Source of the DNA: Histomonas meleagridis 2922-C6/04-290x
Taxonomy: Eukaryota; Protista; Parabasalia
Assembly (NCBI GenBank): GCA_020184695.1
Contig: JAANOX010000254.1
Coordinates: forward strand, 114,010 to 178,009
Length of the DNA: 64,000 nt
Direction: 5' to 3'
Part shown: in pieces, positions 23,035 to 34,055 of the stretch
Layout of the letters: each line of letters starts with the position of its first letter
How positions within the stretch are numbered: position 1 is the stretch's first letter
The notes under the pieces: model-generated
What the model saw: only the letters and a program-made list of their open reading frames with translations
Told to the model about the DNA's origin: nothing
Databases searched by the model: none
Translations under genes and position numbers: made by a program

Positions 23035-25200
23035 TTATTGGTTATATTCTTCGTATTTGCTTAAAATTGGTGAAAAATTATTTGTTATATAATTTGTTAA
23101 TTCGTTCATGTAACTTTGTCGATTGTTAGCATATGAAGGACTAAATTCAGTAATCTCGGAATATTTGCCCTTAAGATAAATATATATACCGTTTATTTTA
23201 TTTTTTTTATCTGGCGTTGAGAGTTTTTGGTAATGAATTTGTTGTGTTTTTATGCATGCATTATAATAATATTGTATATAATGACAATCATTTAGATATT
23301 CTCTCACATATGTTTTGAATAATTCGTTATCGAAATTATTTTCTTTTGTTTCAAGTTCATCTTGTGTCACACTATTTGTTGCTTTGGAATTTTGTGCTGT
23401 TTCATTTTGGGATTCGATTTCATCATTATTTTCAACATTTTGTTGCACAATTACAATATTACTTTCATTATCATTTTGATATTTAGTTGGGCCAGTTTCA
23501 GAATTTTCATCATTATTTTCAACATTTTGTTGCACAATTACATCATGTTTAGTTTCATCTATATTTTCTTGCTCATCAATAATTTTTAGATTATGTTTAT
23601 TGGACTTATCTTTTATCTTTTGCATAATATTTGAAACAACATTATCATTAACATTTACATATTCAATACTTGATGATTTTGAAAAATATGATGGATATTC
23701 ATTGAAATATCCATCATATTCGTTTTTAAAGACTATTATCAAGTTGCCATTTAACAATACTTTTGCATATATACCAAATTTTTTGTTTATACATTTATCA
23801 GGTAATTTTGTTTGTTCTTGATTTATTTGTATTAATGTGTTTGATTCATTTTTAAATTGACGACAAACTTTTTGAAATTCAAAAGGAATTTCATCTTTTT
23901 GGAATTTAAAAGGAATTTCATCTTTTTGGAATTTATTATGATTTTTATTGATTTTAACATCGATTTCAATTGGTGTCTTGCGATAAAATTTAATGTTGCT
24001 TAAGAAATTAGAATTGTCATTAATAAAAATATCATTTTTATTATTGCTAAAAGTTAAAAAATTTTTAGATGAAGAATTCTTTAATTTCAATGAAGCGCCA
24101 TAAATACAAGCACCTCTTATAATAAATTCATGCAAATTGGGAGCTGGATAAGGATTTTTTTGTGTGACTTCTTTAACCATCCTATAAAACTTTTGGAAGA
24201 ATGATGAATCACCTGAAAGTATTACATCGTCAATGTTATATTTAGATTCTTTACACCAATCCAAAGCAATACAAAACATTTTTGTACATTGGAAAAACAA
24301 ATCATCACATAACTCTTCAAACATTCCGCGAGATATTCTCAGTATAAGTTTCTTATTTTGCGTAGTTAATTTGATTGTAATTGAATCTAAAGTTGAAAAA
24401 TTATCAATAGCCTTTTGACATTTAAAGTTTAGATCATTAACTATTTTTGGTTCTTTGCTAAGATCTGTTTCCAATTCATTACTAAATGATTGAAGAACAA
24501 AATCTAAAAGTTTTTTTATAAATTCTTTTTTCCCTAAATTTAAATTTGGCCAGTAATTAATTAGTTCTATCTGTGATTGATTAACAGTAATACACGAAAT
24601 ATCAAAAGAAGCATCTGTTAAATTATAAATAAGTACTCGTTTTTGTGTAAATTCTGGATTTATAAACCCATAAAATAATGCTGAAGAAATAGGTTCTTCA
24701 ATGAAACCAACTAGATTTAAGTTAGCAGACTTAACTGCCATTTCAAGATCATTTCTTTGATTGTAATTAAAATAAATGGGAACTGTAATGACAACATTAG
24801 ATGATTGATTTTCAAGCCTTTTATTTGCAATTTTTGCAAGGAAAGCAATGATATATCCTGCTAAAATATAAGGTTTAAAGGAATTATTTCCAATTTTGAC
24901 TTTAATCCAACCATTTTCGTCTTCTTCCACTTCAAAGGGCCAGTTTCGTTTTTGATTTTGAATTAATTTATCAGAATATTTTCGACCAAGCATCATGTTA
25001 ATATCAAAAATAAATTTTTTTGGATACCTTTTGGAGTACTTTATAGCATCATATCCTACCTTTATTTGTTGGTTATCAATATAAATTGCAGAAGGCATTG
25101 AAGTCGTTTTAGTTTGATTTGTGATAACTTCAATACCTGTGTTAGTGTTAATTCCAATATAGCTTTTGGTTGTTCCAAAGTAAATCGACAAAATAGACAT
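23035..25200 (-). CDS. Divergent Hsp70/DnaK-like protein with degenerate ATPase motifs
   Basis: SIYFGTT (vs GIDLGTT), VVITVPIYFNYNQR, IEEPISSA, IYNLTDASFDIS (vs DLGGGTFDVS) and ILSGDSS. ATG at 25200; the track start 25254 is TTG. Confidence 0.85.
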   Translation of the reverse strand: MSILSIYFGTTKSYIGINTNTGIEVITNQTKTTSMPSAIYIDNQQIKVGYDAIKYSKRYPKKFIFDINMMLGRKYSDKLIQNQKRNWPFEVEEDENGWIKVKIGNNSFKPYILAGYIIAFLAKIANKRLENQSSNVVITVPIYFNYNQRNDLEMAVKSANLNLVGFIEEPISSALFYGFINPEFTQKRVLIYNLTDASFDISCITVNQSQIELINYWPNLNLGKKEFIKKLLDFVLQSFSNELETDLSKEPKIVNDLNFKCQKAIDNFSTLDSITIKLTTQNKKLILRISRGMFEELCDDLFFQCTKMFCIALDWCKESKYNIDDVILSGDSSFFQKFYRMVKEVTQKNPYPAPNLHEFIIRGACIYGASLKLKNSSSKNFLTFSNNKNDIFINDNSNFLSNIKFYRKTPIEIDVKINKNHNKFQKDEIPFKFQKDEIPFEFQKVCRQFKNESNTLIQINQEQTKLPDKCINKKFGIYAKVLLNGNLIIVFKNEYDGYFNEYPSYFSKSSSIEYVNVNDNVVSNIMQKIKDKSNKHNLKIIDEQENIDETKHDVIVQQNVENNDENSETGPTKYQNDNESNIVIVQQNVENNDEIESQNETAQNSKATNSVTQDELETKENNFDNELFKTYVREYLNDCHYIQYYYNACIKTQQIHYQKLSTPDKKNKINGIYIYLKGKYSEITEFSPSYANNRQSYMNELTNYITNNFSPILSKYEEYNQ
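23419..23545 (-). repeat. Internal ~37-bp direct repeat (87-bp period) encoding VIVQQNVENNDE twice
   Basis: ttcatcattattttcaacattttgttgcacaattaca occurs at about 23419 and 23506. Confidence 0.9.
23881..23934 (-). repeat. Perfect 27-bp tandem duplication (KFQKDEIPF x2)
   Basis: aaaaggaatttcatctttttggaattt at 23881-23907 and 23908-23934. Confidence 0.95.
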
Positions 25201-25271
25201 TAATTTTTGTTTTAAAAAAAATGCCAAACAAACGCTAAATTCAAAAAATGCCATTTGAAGTCATTTTTCAT

Positions 25272-27125
25272 ATGAAACCAACTAAAAAATGTTTTGGAAT
25301 TGATCTTGGAACTACAATGTCATCAATCGCAATATATGAAAATTTTGGTCCTCAAATTATTCAAGATGGAAGTAGTAGAATTATTCCTTCTGTAGTTTCA
25401 TTTTTAAAAAAAGAGAAAAAAGTAGGTTTAGCAGCTGTGAAATTATGTACAAAATTCCCAGATTCAACAATTTTTGATTCAAAAAGAATGATTGGAAGAA
25501 AATTTTCTGATCCAAGTATAAGTGCAAAGAAAGCAGGTTGGCCATTCAAGATTTCCCCTGGCGAGAATGATGACATTGAAATCAATATACCATTTTATCC
25601 AAATAAATTGAAACCTGAAGAAGTTTCAGGTGAAATTCTTAAATACCTTATAAATGTTGGCAACTCTTATTTAAGGCAAGATCAACGAACGAATCATGTT
25701 GTTATTTCAGTGCCAGCACGTTTTAATAATGCACAACGTGAAGCCACTCTTAGAGCAGCAGAATATGCCGGTTTAAATGTTCTTCGACTTGTCAATGAGC
25801 CAACAGCAGCAGCCATTGCATTTGTCTTAAATTCCGAACGTTTTAATACAAAGCGACTGATATTAATTTTTGATTTTGGCGGTGGTACATTAGATGTTTC
25901 ATTAGTGGAAGCACAAAATTTAACATTTACAGTTAAAGCAGTTGATGGAGACATTAATTTAGGAGGGAGAGATATCGATCAAAACATTATGGATTATGTT
26001 CTTAAACAAACGCATAAAGAACATCTCAAAAATAATCCCAAAATGATGTCAAGACTTAGGAGAGGTTGCGAAGAAGCGAAAATTGAACTCTCCAATAATC
26101 AAGAGACAGAAATATTTATTGAAGGAAGTGAAGACATTGAATACACATTAACAAGAAATGAATTTAATGATATCAATCGCAGTTTATTTGATAGACTTAC
26201 AAAACCAATCACAAGAGTACTTGATGCTGTTGGTAAATCAAAACGTGCTGTCGATGATATCATTCTTGTTGGAGGATCTTCTTATATTCCAAAAGTTCGA
26301 GAAATTGTTAAAAATTATTTTGGGAAGGACCCATATAGAAACATTGATCCACAAGATGCAATTGCATCAGGCGCAGCTATTATAGCTCAAAAATTTGTAG
26401 GTGGAAATGAATTTAAAGATATTGTGGACCTAAAATTTCAAGATGTTTGTCCTCTTTCATTAGGCGTTCGTATTGTAGGTGATGAAATGTCAACTGTAAT
26501 AAAGCATGATACAGTAATACCAACATATAAAACAGAAACATATTATACTACGTTGAATTGGCAAACAAAAATAGATTTTGGTGTTTATGAAGGCGAACGT
26601 CTTGACTCAAATGCAAATACTTTTTTGGGAAATTTCAGTCTTTCAGGAATTCCAAGAGCCGAAGCACGAGAAATTCCTGTAAATGTAACATTTCATTTAA
26701 ATGAAAATGGTATTCTTGAGGTTACAGCAGAAGCAGGATCAGGAACAAATCACACACAAAATACGATTATAATCACAAAGTGCTCATCGTATAATCCTGA
26801 TGAAGTTAACAAAGCAAAAACAAAAGGAATGCAAAATCAAGAAACAGATAAAAGAGTTGTCGAAAAAAGAAAGAACACAGAATTATTAATGTGTTTATTT
26901 TTAAATATTCTTTCATACATATCTGAATACGAAGCTGATGTAACATTACATCTTGGTGCATATGAAGTCGATCGAATCAAAGCAGAAGTAAATGAAAAAC
27001 TTAAAAAAGTCGAGCGATTAGCAAGTCCAACAGCTATTAATGAACAAAAAGCAATATATAGAGAAAAATTCAAAAGCTACATTCGAAATACGGGAAAAAC
27101 GCCCAGGTGCCTCAGAGATAATTAA
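25272..27125 (+). CDS. Hsp70/DnaK family protein with intact NBD and SBD, no EEVD/KDEL
   Basis: GIDLGTT, VPARFNNAQREAT, NEPTAAA, DFGGGTLDVS, LVGGSSYIP, DVCPLSLG and VYEGER. ATG 25272 follows TCATT; an alternative ATG is at 25248. Confidence 0.93.
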   Translation: MKPTKKCFGIDLGTTMSSIAIYENFGPQIIQDGSSRIIPSVVSFLKKEKKVGLAAVKLCTKFPDSTIFDSKRMIGRKFSDPSISAKKAGWPFKISPGENDDIEINIPFYPNKLKPEEVSGEILKYLINVGNSYLRQDQRTNHVVISVPARFNNAQREATLRAAEYAGLNVLRLVNEPTAAAIAFVLNSERFNTKRLILIFDFGGGTLDVSLVEAQNLTFTVKAVDGDINLGGRDIDQNIMDYVLKQTHKEHLKNNPKMMSRLRRGCEEAKIELSNNQETEIFIEGSEDIEYTLTRNEFNDINRSLFDRLTKPITRVLDAVGKSKRAVDDIILVGGSSYIPKVREIVKNYFGKDPYRNIDPQDAIASGAAIIAQKFVGGNEFKDIVDLKFQDVCPLSLGVRIVGDEMSTVIKHDTVIPTYKTETYYTTLNWQTKIDFGVYEGERLDSNANTFLGNFSLSGIPRAEAREIPVNVTFHLNENGILEVTAEAGSGTNHTQNTIIITKCSSYNPDEVNKAKTKGMQNQETDKRVVEKRKNTELLMCLFLNILSYISEYEADVTLHLGAYEVDRIKAEVNEKLKKVERLASPTAINEQKAIYREKFKSYIRNTGKTPRCLRDN

Positions 27126-27909
27126 ATTTAAAAAGATATTCAAAGGATATCGCGTTCGTTCGTACTAATCCAAGTAAAATTTTCAGTTTTAATAATAAAT
27201 ATTTTTCTTATGAACATTATACAAGTATCCATGAAGTACAACAGTACTTAAAGTTGTTTTTATGAATTTAAAGATGCAAAATGAAGACATTGCTAATTAT
27301 TTCATGAAATTTTATATGAAACATATTTTTTTTTTAATAAATTTGTATAATTCTGTAATTATAATAATATAATATTTTCGTATAACTTGTTGTATTCTAT
27401 AATTTTTTTAATATAAAATATAATAATAATTATTAATTGATACACTTTGTATCTGAAATGATCAAACCCTTCTTGTTCCCCAAACAAACATACTCAATTT
27501 ATACGCTGATGAAATTACATACACTACCAACTGTTGTTCTGGGTTAAAATGTTATCGAATTTCAAAAATCTATACCTGTAATCAAAATAATTATGCCAAT
27601 ATATTTCCCGTCAATAATGAACAATATATTCAGATTATGATTTATGATATTGCTTTATTGAATGAGAAAATCGCCAAAAATCCAAAAAACGATCAAAATC
27701 CATACAATATTTTATTTCAAAAATTGGCAGATTTTCACCCAGAACAGAAGGTAATGTACTGATATCTTATGAGTAAAGTTCACAATCGAGTAACTAATCA
27801 AACCCCAATTATATCATATGTAGAAACTTCATGGAATCTGTTTCTGCTCATATTATAACATTTTTGGAACATTCTAAATCAATTTTCTCACACAACACAA
27901 ACATTTACT

Positions 27910-29925
27910 CTAACCCCACCTTGCTTTCAATGATTCGATCATATTCTCTATGTAAGGCAGCACCAATTCGTCTTCGTTCTCATCTCTAATTGTCTCCAAC
28001 TTTTGGATGCCTCTTTCGTAGTTGCCGCTGTATGCCTCCAAGACAGCATCCATTCCGACCTCGCTCCATCTTTCGGCCGCCATTTCGTACTTTTTCCATC
28101 TTGCCAACACTTCGACGTCCTTTAGCGATGTTTCTCCTGCTTTGTTTGTTACTCCGCCTCCGACCCAAGTGTTTGCCCTTATGTCGTATATCCAAATCTT
28201 TCCTTGTGCAGAAGCGTAAATTGTTTTATTTGGAAGAACTCCGAAATCAGTGAATTGTTTCGAACATTTTATTTTTGTTATGCACTTCAATGACTGCAAT
28301 TCTAACAAATAAATCATGTCGCCAACAGCTAAAACAAGTTCATTCATCACAGACAAATGTTTGCACTTGGCGCCAATACAAAATGGTGTTGTTACTCTTC
28401 GTCCATTTTTCTTATTTAATTTATAAACAAATGAATCCGATGATAAAAGTATAGAATCATCAAGTTCGATAATTTTATTCGGCTCACTACTAAGTGAAGA
28501 AGGCTTCGGCCATTCGAGCGGAATAAATTCTTTTGGTATTTTTGTTGTTTGGATTCCAGGAATTTGACACCTAAATGATATCAATTGTTTTTCCACTGCT
28601 GTAAGTAAAACAGGTTGAATAATATGAACGCCATCAATAACTTGTTCTATTTGACGATTCATTACTTCCTCAGTCGTAAGCTGCAAGACTTCAAGTCCAA
28701 TATCATTTTCTTTATCTTCTAATGACTTAAGAATTTGTTCCGATTTTGATGTCTTTGTTCCAGACTTTAATCGCGAAATTGATGTTTCGCCTAAAAGTCG
28801 CTTCTTAACTTCTTCAATTTCAGCGGGTTCTGCACATTGATATGGTAAATCTGATTGAAAGTGAATACAAATTATACCGCCAATATGTTGCAATGGATCA
28901 TTTTCTAATGCAATAAGAAGATATTTACCATCATTAGACCATGAAATATCATTAATGGATGATGTGGAAATTCGTTCTATAACAAATAATGGAACAGTAA
29001 TTGACCCAATTAACCAGATTGAGATGACCCCGGTTTTATCAGATACTGCGATAAGTGTCCCATAATTGTTATCATCTATTCGTAATAAAATTGGTGAACA
29101 TGATACACATGATATTGATGATATATGACCTTCTAATGAAAAGGAAAAATTAAACGTGCTCCTTTGGAAAAAAAGTGGCTTGAAAGAACGATCAAAACCG
29201 CCAGTGCCGATAAAGCTTCCGTCTGCTGTCCAACTAATTCGACTGAACATTGGCGTTTCAGGAAGTCTGTCAAGATTATCATGAACTTCTTTGATAAGCG
29301 TGCCTTGAGTATTAAATATTGAGATTAATCCATTTGACATTTGAACAGCTATAAATTGATTAAGAGGATCCCATGAAATAGAAAGTGCATTTAAATTGGT
29401 TCGATAACACCAAATTTGTGTATTTGTATTTATATCCCATACAATTATATAACCATCAACGGAATGTGAAACTAGACGTTTGGAATCTGGTGACCAAGAA
29501 ATCGAGGTAACATCGCTTGTATGTCCAGAAAGAGATTTTGATGTCCATTTTTGAATTGGTTTATTTGGTTTAAGCGCACTTTCAGGAAATCCAAATGTAC
29601 TTGGAGAAACAAAAGCTCGCGCTTTCTGCCAAATAAATATCATTGAGTCATCTCCACAAGATGCAAGATATTTTCCGTCTGGGCTGAAACGAACACAGTT
29701 GATCGTACCAGTATGATCACGTAGTAATGAAATAAGTTTTGCCTTGACATTCTCTGTTCCTTTAAGTGCTAAAAAACTCCAAATTTTAACGTAATTATCC
29801 CACCCACCTGTAGCAAATATTTCACCAGAAGGGTGAATAGATACTGTGGAGATTGGATGATTACTATGTCTAACCCAGCGTGGAATTATAATTTCATAAT
29901 TTTGATCTGTAATTTGTGATTCCAT
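27910..29925 (-). CDS. HIRA: Histone chaperone HIRA/Hir1-like
   Basis: PRWVRHSNHPISTVSIHPSGEIFATGG, multiple WD40 repeats, B-domain-like RQIEQVIDGVHIIQPV and C-terminal GRRVTTPF. ATG at 29925. Confidence 0.85.
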   Translation of the reverse strand: MESQITDQNYEIIIPRWVRHSNHPISTVSIHPSGEIFATGGWDNYVKIWSFLALKGTENVKAKLISLLRDHTGTINCVRFSPDGKYLASCGDDSMIFIWQKARAFVSPSTFGFPESALKPNKPIQKWTSKSLSGHTSDVTSISWSPDSKRLVSHSVDGYIIVWDINTNTQIWCYRTNLNALSISWDPLNQFIAVQMSNGLISIFNTQGTLIKEVHDNLDRLPETPMFSRISWTADGSFIGTGGFDRSFKPLFFQRSTFNFSFSLEGHISSISCVSCSPILLRIDDNNYGTLIAVSDKTGVISIWLIGSITVPLFVIERISTSSINDISWSNDGKYLLIALENDPLQHIGGIICIHFQSDLPYQCAEPAEIEEVKKRLLGETSISRLKSGTKTSKSEQILKSLEDKENDIGLEVLQLTTEEVMNRQIEQVIDGVHIIQPVLLTAVEKQLISFRCQIPGIQTTKIPKEFIPLEWPKPSSLSSEPNKIIELDDSILLSSDSFVYKLNKKNGRRVTTPFCIGAKCKHLSVMNELVLAVGDMIYLLELQSLKCITKIKCSKQFTDFGVLPNKTIYASAQGKIWIYDIRANTWVGGGVTNKAGETSLKDVEVLARWKKYEMAAERWSEVGMDAVLEAYSGNYERGIQKLETIRDENEDELVLPYIENMIESLKARWG

Positions 29926-31463
29926 TTTGAGGTTCCGAACAGAGGCAGTCAATTTTAAAAAAACAAATTCATTTGAAATCTAAAATTGAACAATCTCATA
30001 GATAATTTTGAATAATACAACATGTTGTTTATTTATTCCTTTGTTGATTGCCACAATAGACATCAATTATTGTGTATTTATTTTAAAAGTGCTAAAAAAC
30101 CACCAAATATCTAATACAATATGAATTTTAAAATTATTTTAGCTTTTTTTAAGAAGGACATGATCAGGACCTAAAATCGATTTTTCTTATAATTTCTAAA
30201 TATTTTGAGAAATTATAATATATATAAATAGTTGTATTTTTTAATAGTATCTATTATTTTATAAATTAATTTTTTAAAAAGGTATTTATATTTTATTTTT
30301 TAAAAAATCAGTATGTTTTGATCGTATCCACATAAAGTATTGAAATAACAACACATCAGACGATAAAAAGTAGGGAAAAAATTGAATTGGAAGATTATAT
30401 ATTCAGAAAAAATGACTACCTTTGTCTGAATCGTATCGTTTTTAAGGATGTTCTTAATAAAATCAAGCCAAATTTTTTTATGTTACAGAGGTACCTGAAT
30501 AAATATAATTTTGTTTTTTATTTACAATTGATCAATTGTGTTTTCGAAATTCTCAAAATATTGAAATAATTTATTATTGAATATTTTGGTTTATCTATTA
30601 TCAATACCACAAAAGGTAATTATGGGCATTCATCTTTGATTTAGAGTGCTTTATTTAATGTTTGGCTCAAAGAGGACTGTCTGATAAAGCCCACCCTTCA
30701 ACAAAGCACACACCTATTCTGTTTAAAGTTTACAAATTCCATCGTTGTAAGATTTCTTCATTTGTATCAAGATTCTTTCACTGCAGCGAATTGCTGCTAA
30801 ATCATCTTTAATATTCATAATATCATATGTTTTTAATAAAAATAAAATTCCAAATATTTGCAAAATTCACTCTTAAATCATTTGCATTTATATCTTTGCA
30901 ATGACGCGAAGTCTTTTCTCATCAAAATTATTTATTTCTTGTGTTTCATTTTCATCTTGGGTTTTGAGAAAATATCAACAAAAATTACCATAAGAACAAT
31001 AATTTTAACAATAAAAAATATTATTCAACCTAACAATAAGGGATTTTATTTTAACAATAAAATCATTATAGTTCACTTTTTTTCATCTTTAATACTTAAT
31101 CTTATTTTATTATGAACCTTTTTAGCTGCTTTGAAATATAAATCAATGATGAAATCCTTATTTCTTGTTTCTAGAAAATAAGCACTGGACCAAATCACCA
31201 ATGATTCTTTTTGATTTTTTTTAGCATTATCAAACATTTTTTGTTAGATTTTAAATTAAAGATGAATTTATAAATGAATATTTATCTTGTGTTGCCACAC
31301 TAAAGATATCTTTTATATTTTAAAATATTTAATTCGAGACATTTCGTTTTCATAAAAAAATTTTCACTCAACGATATGATAAAAAACATTTTATTAATAA
31401 TCAAATTATTTTCTCCTTAAATTCACAAGTAGACTAAGAAAGAAACATTTTATTTATATTTAA

Positions 31464-32465
31464 TCAGTCGTACACGAAGCTGCTCAATCGTTCAGAGAGT
31501 TTTTCCTTTGGCGGCACCTTTTTGAACTTTATAATGCTTCTTTTCATGTTCTCGTCCACGCAAAGTATTGCGCCATCGTTTGCGTTCATATTTTCATAGT
31601 TCGGCGCACTAAATAATGTCAACACTTTGTTATGTTGGCAGTACTCAAAACCCTCTTTTTTCATTTGATGCGCCCTTATCACAAGCTTTATCCCATTATT
31701 CTTTGAAAAGAATTGATCAGTCGCTCGCATACCGAATAATGCGCCCGCATTACGTCTTCCTGATTGTGTGAACCCGGAACTATCTTTCGCTGGATCATTC
31801 CAAACTAAATCACAAAATGCTCCAGTGCTTGGTATCTCTGTAAATCTGTTTATATCTGAAATTTCTGATAATGTCATTGCGCTTTCACTGATTCCGCCAT
31901 GAACACAAAAATATTCGCCGTTTATAACCGCCGCGATCGGCATCGATTCAAAAAGTGGAGCAAATGATTGATAAAGTGAATCAGATCTGTACTTGGTGAT
32001 GACTTCTTGATAGAATCCATATACTTGAGATATGTTCATACTCTCATGGTTGCCACGGATCATAAAGAATTTTTTGGGATATTTTATCTTGAATATGCAA
32101 AGAAGAGTAATGATTTCAATACTCTTGGTGCCTCTATCAACATAATCTCCAAGGAAAAGAAATTGCGTATATGGAGGTGCGCCTGAAATTTGGAAGATTT
32201 GAAGCATATCATCAAATTGTCCATGAACATCACCACAAATAACTAATGGTGGCTTTATTTCGAGAACGTTTGGTTCCGCATGAAATATTTCTGTTGCTTT
32301 GTTGATAATAGATAAAAGTTCTTGAGGTGTTGGAAGAATCGAATTTAGAAGATTTACGATTACTTTATCAAGTTCATCTGGTTGCTCGGTTTCTTCATCT
32401 GGCCCTAGCAAGGACGTGATTTGTGGCTGCCAGCTGCCACATATTCGTTCTCTCCACCCAAGCAT
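31464..32465 (-). CDS. PPP-family Ser/Thr protein phosphatase catalytic subunit
   Basis: GDVHGQ, GDYVDRG, RGNHE, HGG, RAHQ and SAPNY are all intact. Subclass not resolved. Confidence 0.95.
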   Translation of the reverse strand: MLGWRERICGSWQPQITSLLGPDEETEQPDELDKVIVNLLNSILPTPQELLSIINKATEIFHAEPNVLEIKPPLVICGDVHGQFDDMLQIFQISGAPPYTQFLFLGDYVDRGTKSIEIITLLCIFKIKYPKKFFMIRGNHESMNISQVYGFYQEVITKYRSDSLYQSFAPLFESMPIAAVINGEYFCVHGGISESAMTLSEISDINRFTEIPSTGAFCDLVWNDPAKDSSGFTQSGRRNAGALFGMRATDQFFSKNNGIKLVIRAHQMKKEGFEYCQHNKVLTLFSAPNYENMNANDGAILCVDENMKRSIIKFKKVPPKEKLSERLSSFVYD

Positions 32466-32893
32466 TTACAAATTTTCATGCAGAAAGGGGTTAAAATGTT
32501 TGTGTTAAAATGCATTTTCGCTACTCAAAAAGTGTGCGTTGGCGGTTAATTAACCCAAACGATAGATTTTTGAATGGCTTTTGATCCAAAGCGCTCTGAA
32601 TTATCTGTATGCGAACATCCCCAGAAAAAACACAGAACTTAATGATAAAACATATTAAGTTGAGTTTCACATTAATCACATTGTTATTGGGTAGATTTTA
32701 TTAGAGAAATTCTTATGTAATCATTTGAACTGATTTCGAATTTTAGTGGATGTTCGAACATTTAAATGATTTTAAAATGGGTTTTTTCATTTATTTAATG
32801 AATTTCATTATTCTTTCCTTGAAAATCGAAAATTATTTCTTTGGTAAAATAAACATTGGTATGTATAGAAACAAAAAAAATAATTAAAAAAAT

Positions 32894-32964
32894 TGCATCG
32901 CCCGGGAATCGGACCCGGACCCCCAGCTTGGCAAGCTGAAATTCTACCATTAGACCAGCGATGC
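32894..32964 (-). tRNA. tRNA-Gly(GCC)
   Basis: Acceptor stem GCATCGC/GCGATGC, anticodon loop TT-GCC-AA, T-stem CCGGG/CCCGG, downstream T-run. Confidence 0.93.
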
Positions 32965-33117
32965 TACAGTCTTTTAAAATGATTATATCTACCTAATTAA
33001 TTAAATTATCTAAATTTAACATGATTGAATTGATTGATCTTATTTTAGTTTTTTGATTATATTGGACTTCTTAATCTAATTTCGATTATTTAAACTTATT
33101 AAATATCAAATATTTAT

Positions 33118-33990
33118 TTATTTTTTATTTATTGAAGTTTCTACAATTTTTACAAGTTGATTAGTCACATTTAAGTGTTCATTTTCAAACTTCATTCCAT
33201 CAATTGATAGTTCACTTTTTCCAGTGCAGCCATCATATGATCCTGCAGAGATCATTGAACTCAGTATTTCCTCTTGTTTGTTACACTCGTTAACAAATGT
33301 TTCTTTTGCTTCTTCACATTGCGATGCAACAACAAGAGCAGCAGCAATTGCTAATGCTCCCCAATTTGATACACCAGCCATCACTAATATATCACATGCA
33401 ATGGATGTGCATATTTCTTCGCCCTGGGAAACAAATTGTTTTACTTTTTCGTAGATGTTTCCAGTGCCAATCTCATTTCCACCATCACCAACAGAAACTG
33501 TTAAATATGGTTTTGGTGGATCTCCAACTTTAGGGAAGAGAAGATCGAGAGGCGCTGTAACATTTGTAATGTCTCTAGCTTTCATTGTTCTAAAGTCGTC
33601 TGTTTTTAATGATCTTCCAGGCCGTTCAACAGATATGATAAATGATGGATCTGCGATTTCATTAGGATCCTCAACAACTGTGACAGGATTTCCATGTGAT
33701 GCTGCTTTAACTACTGGTTCTGCGTATTTATCACATAAGAGTTCAGTGTTAAAACCAAGAGACCTAAGAGTAGAGCAAAGAACAGAAGATCCAAGAGGTC
33801 CATCAGTTTCGCACCTGCCAAACATACAACAAAATCCTGTTAAAACATAAGATTTCTTTGATTTATCGCATTTTAATATTTTATCGGACAGTATGCTTAA
33901 GCATCCAGGAGTCCATAAGTTTTCAAGACCACGATTTCCAGGATCAATAAAAATTACTTTTTCTAGTGAAGAAAAGATATCAGCTTCCAT
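33118..33990 (-). CDS. DUF4392 / D-glutamate cyclase C-terminal-domain-like protein
   Basis: DPGNRG, TGF, ETDGPLG, SVERPG, APLD, VGDGGNEIG and AGVSNWG. Confidence 0.85.
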   Translation of the reverse strand: MEADIFSSLEKVIFIDPGNRGLENLWTPGCLSILSDKILKCDKSKKSYVLTGFCCMFGRCETDGPLGSSVLCSTLRSLGFNTELLCDKYAEPVVKAASHGNPVTVVEDPNEIADPSFIISVERPGRSLKTDDFRTMKARDITNVTAPLDLLFPKVGDPPKPYLTVSVGDGGNEIGTGNIYEKVKQFVSQGEEICTSIACDILVMAGVSNWGALAIAAALVVASQCEEAKETFVNECNKQEEILSSMISAGSYDGCTGKSELSIDGMKFENEHLNVTNQLVKIVETSINKK

Positions 33991-34055
33991 TTAAAACCGT
34001 TTTTGATCGTATTTAATAGAAAACGTATTCAAAAAGTTTGTAAAAGGTTTACATT

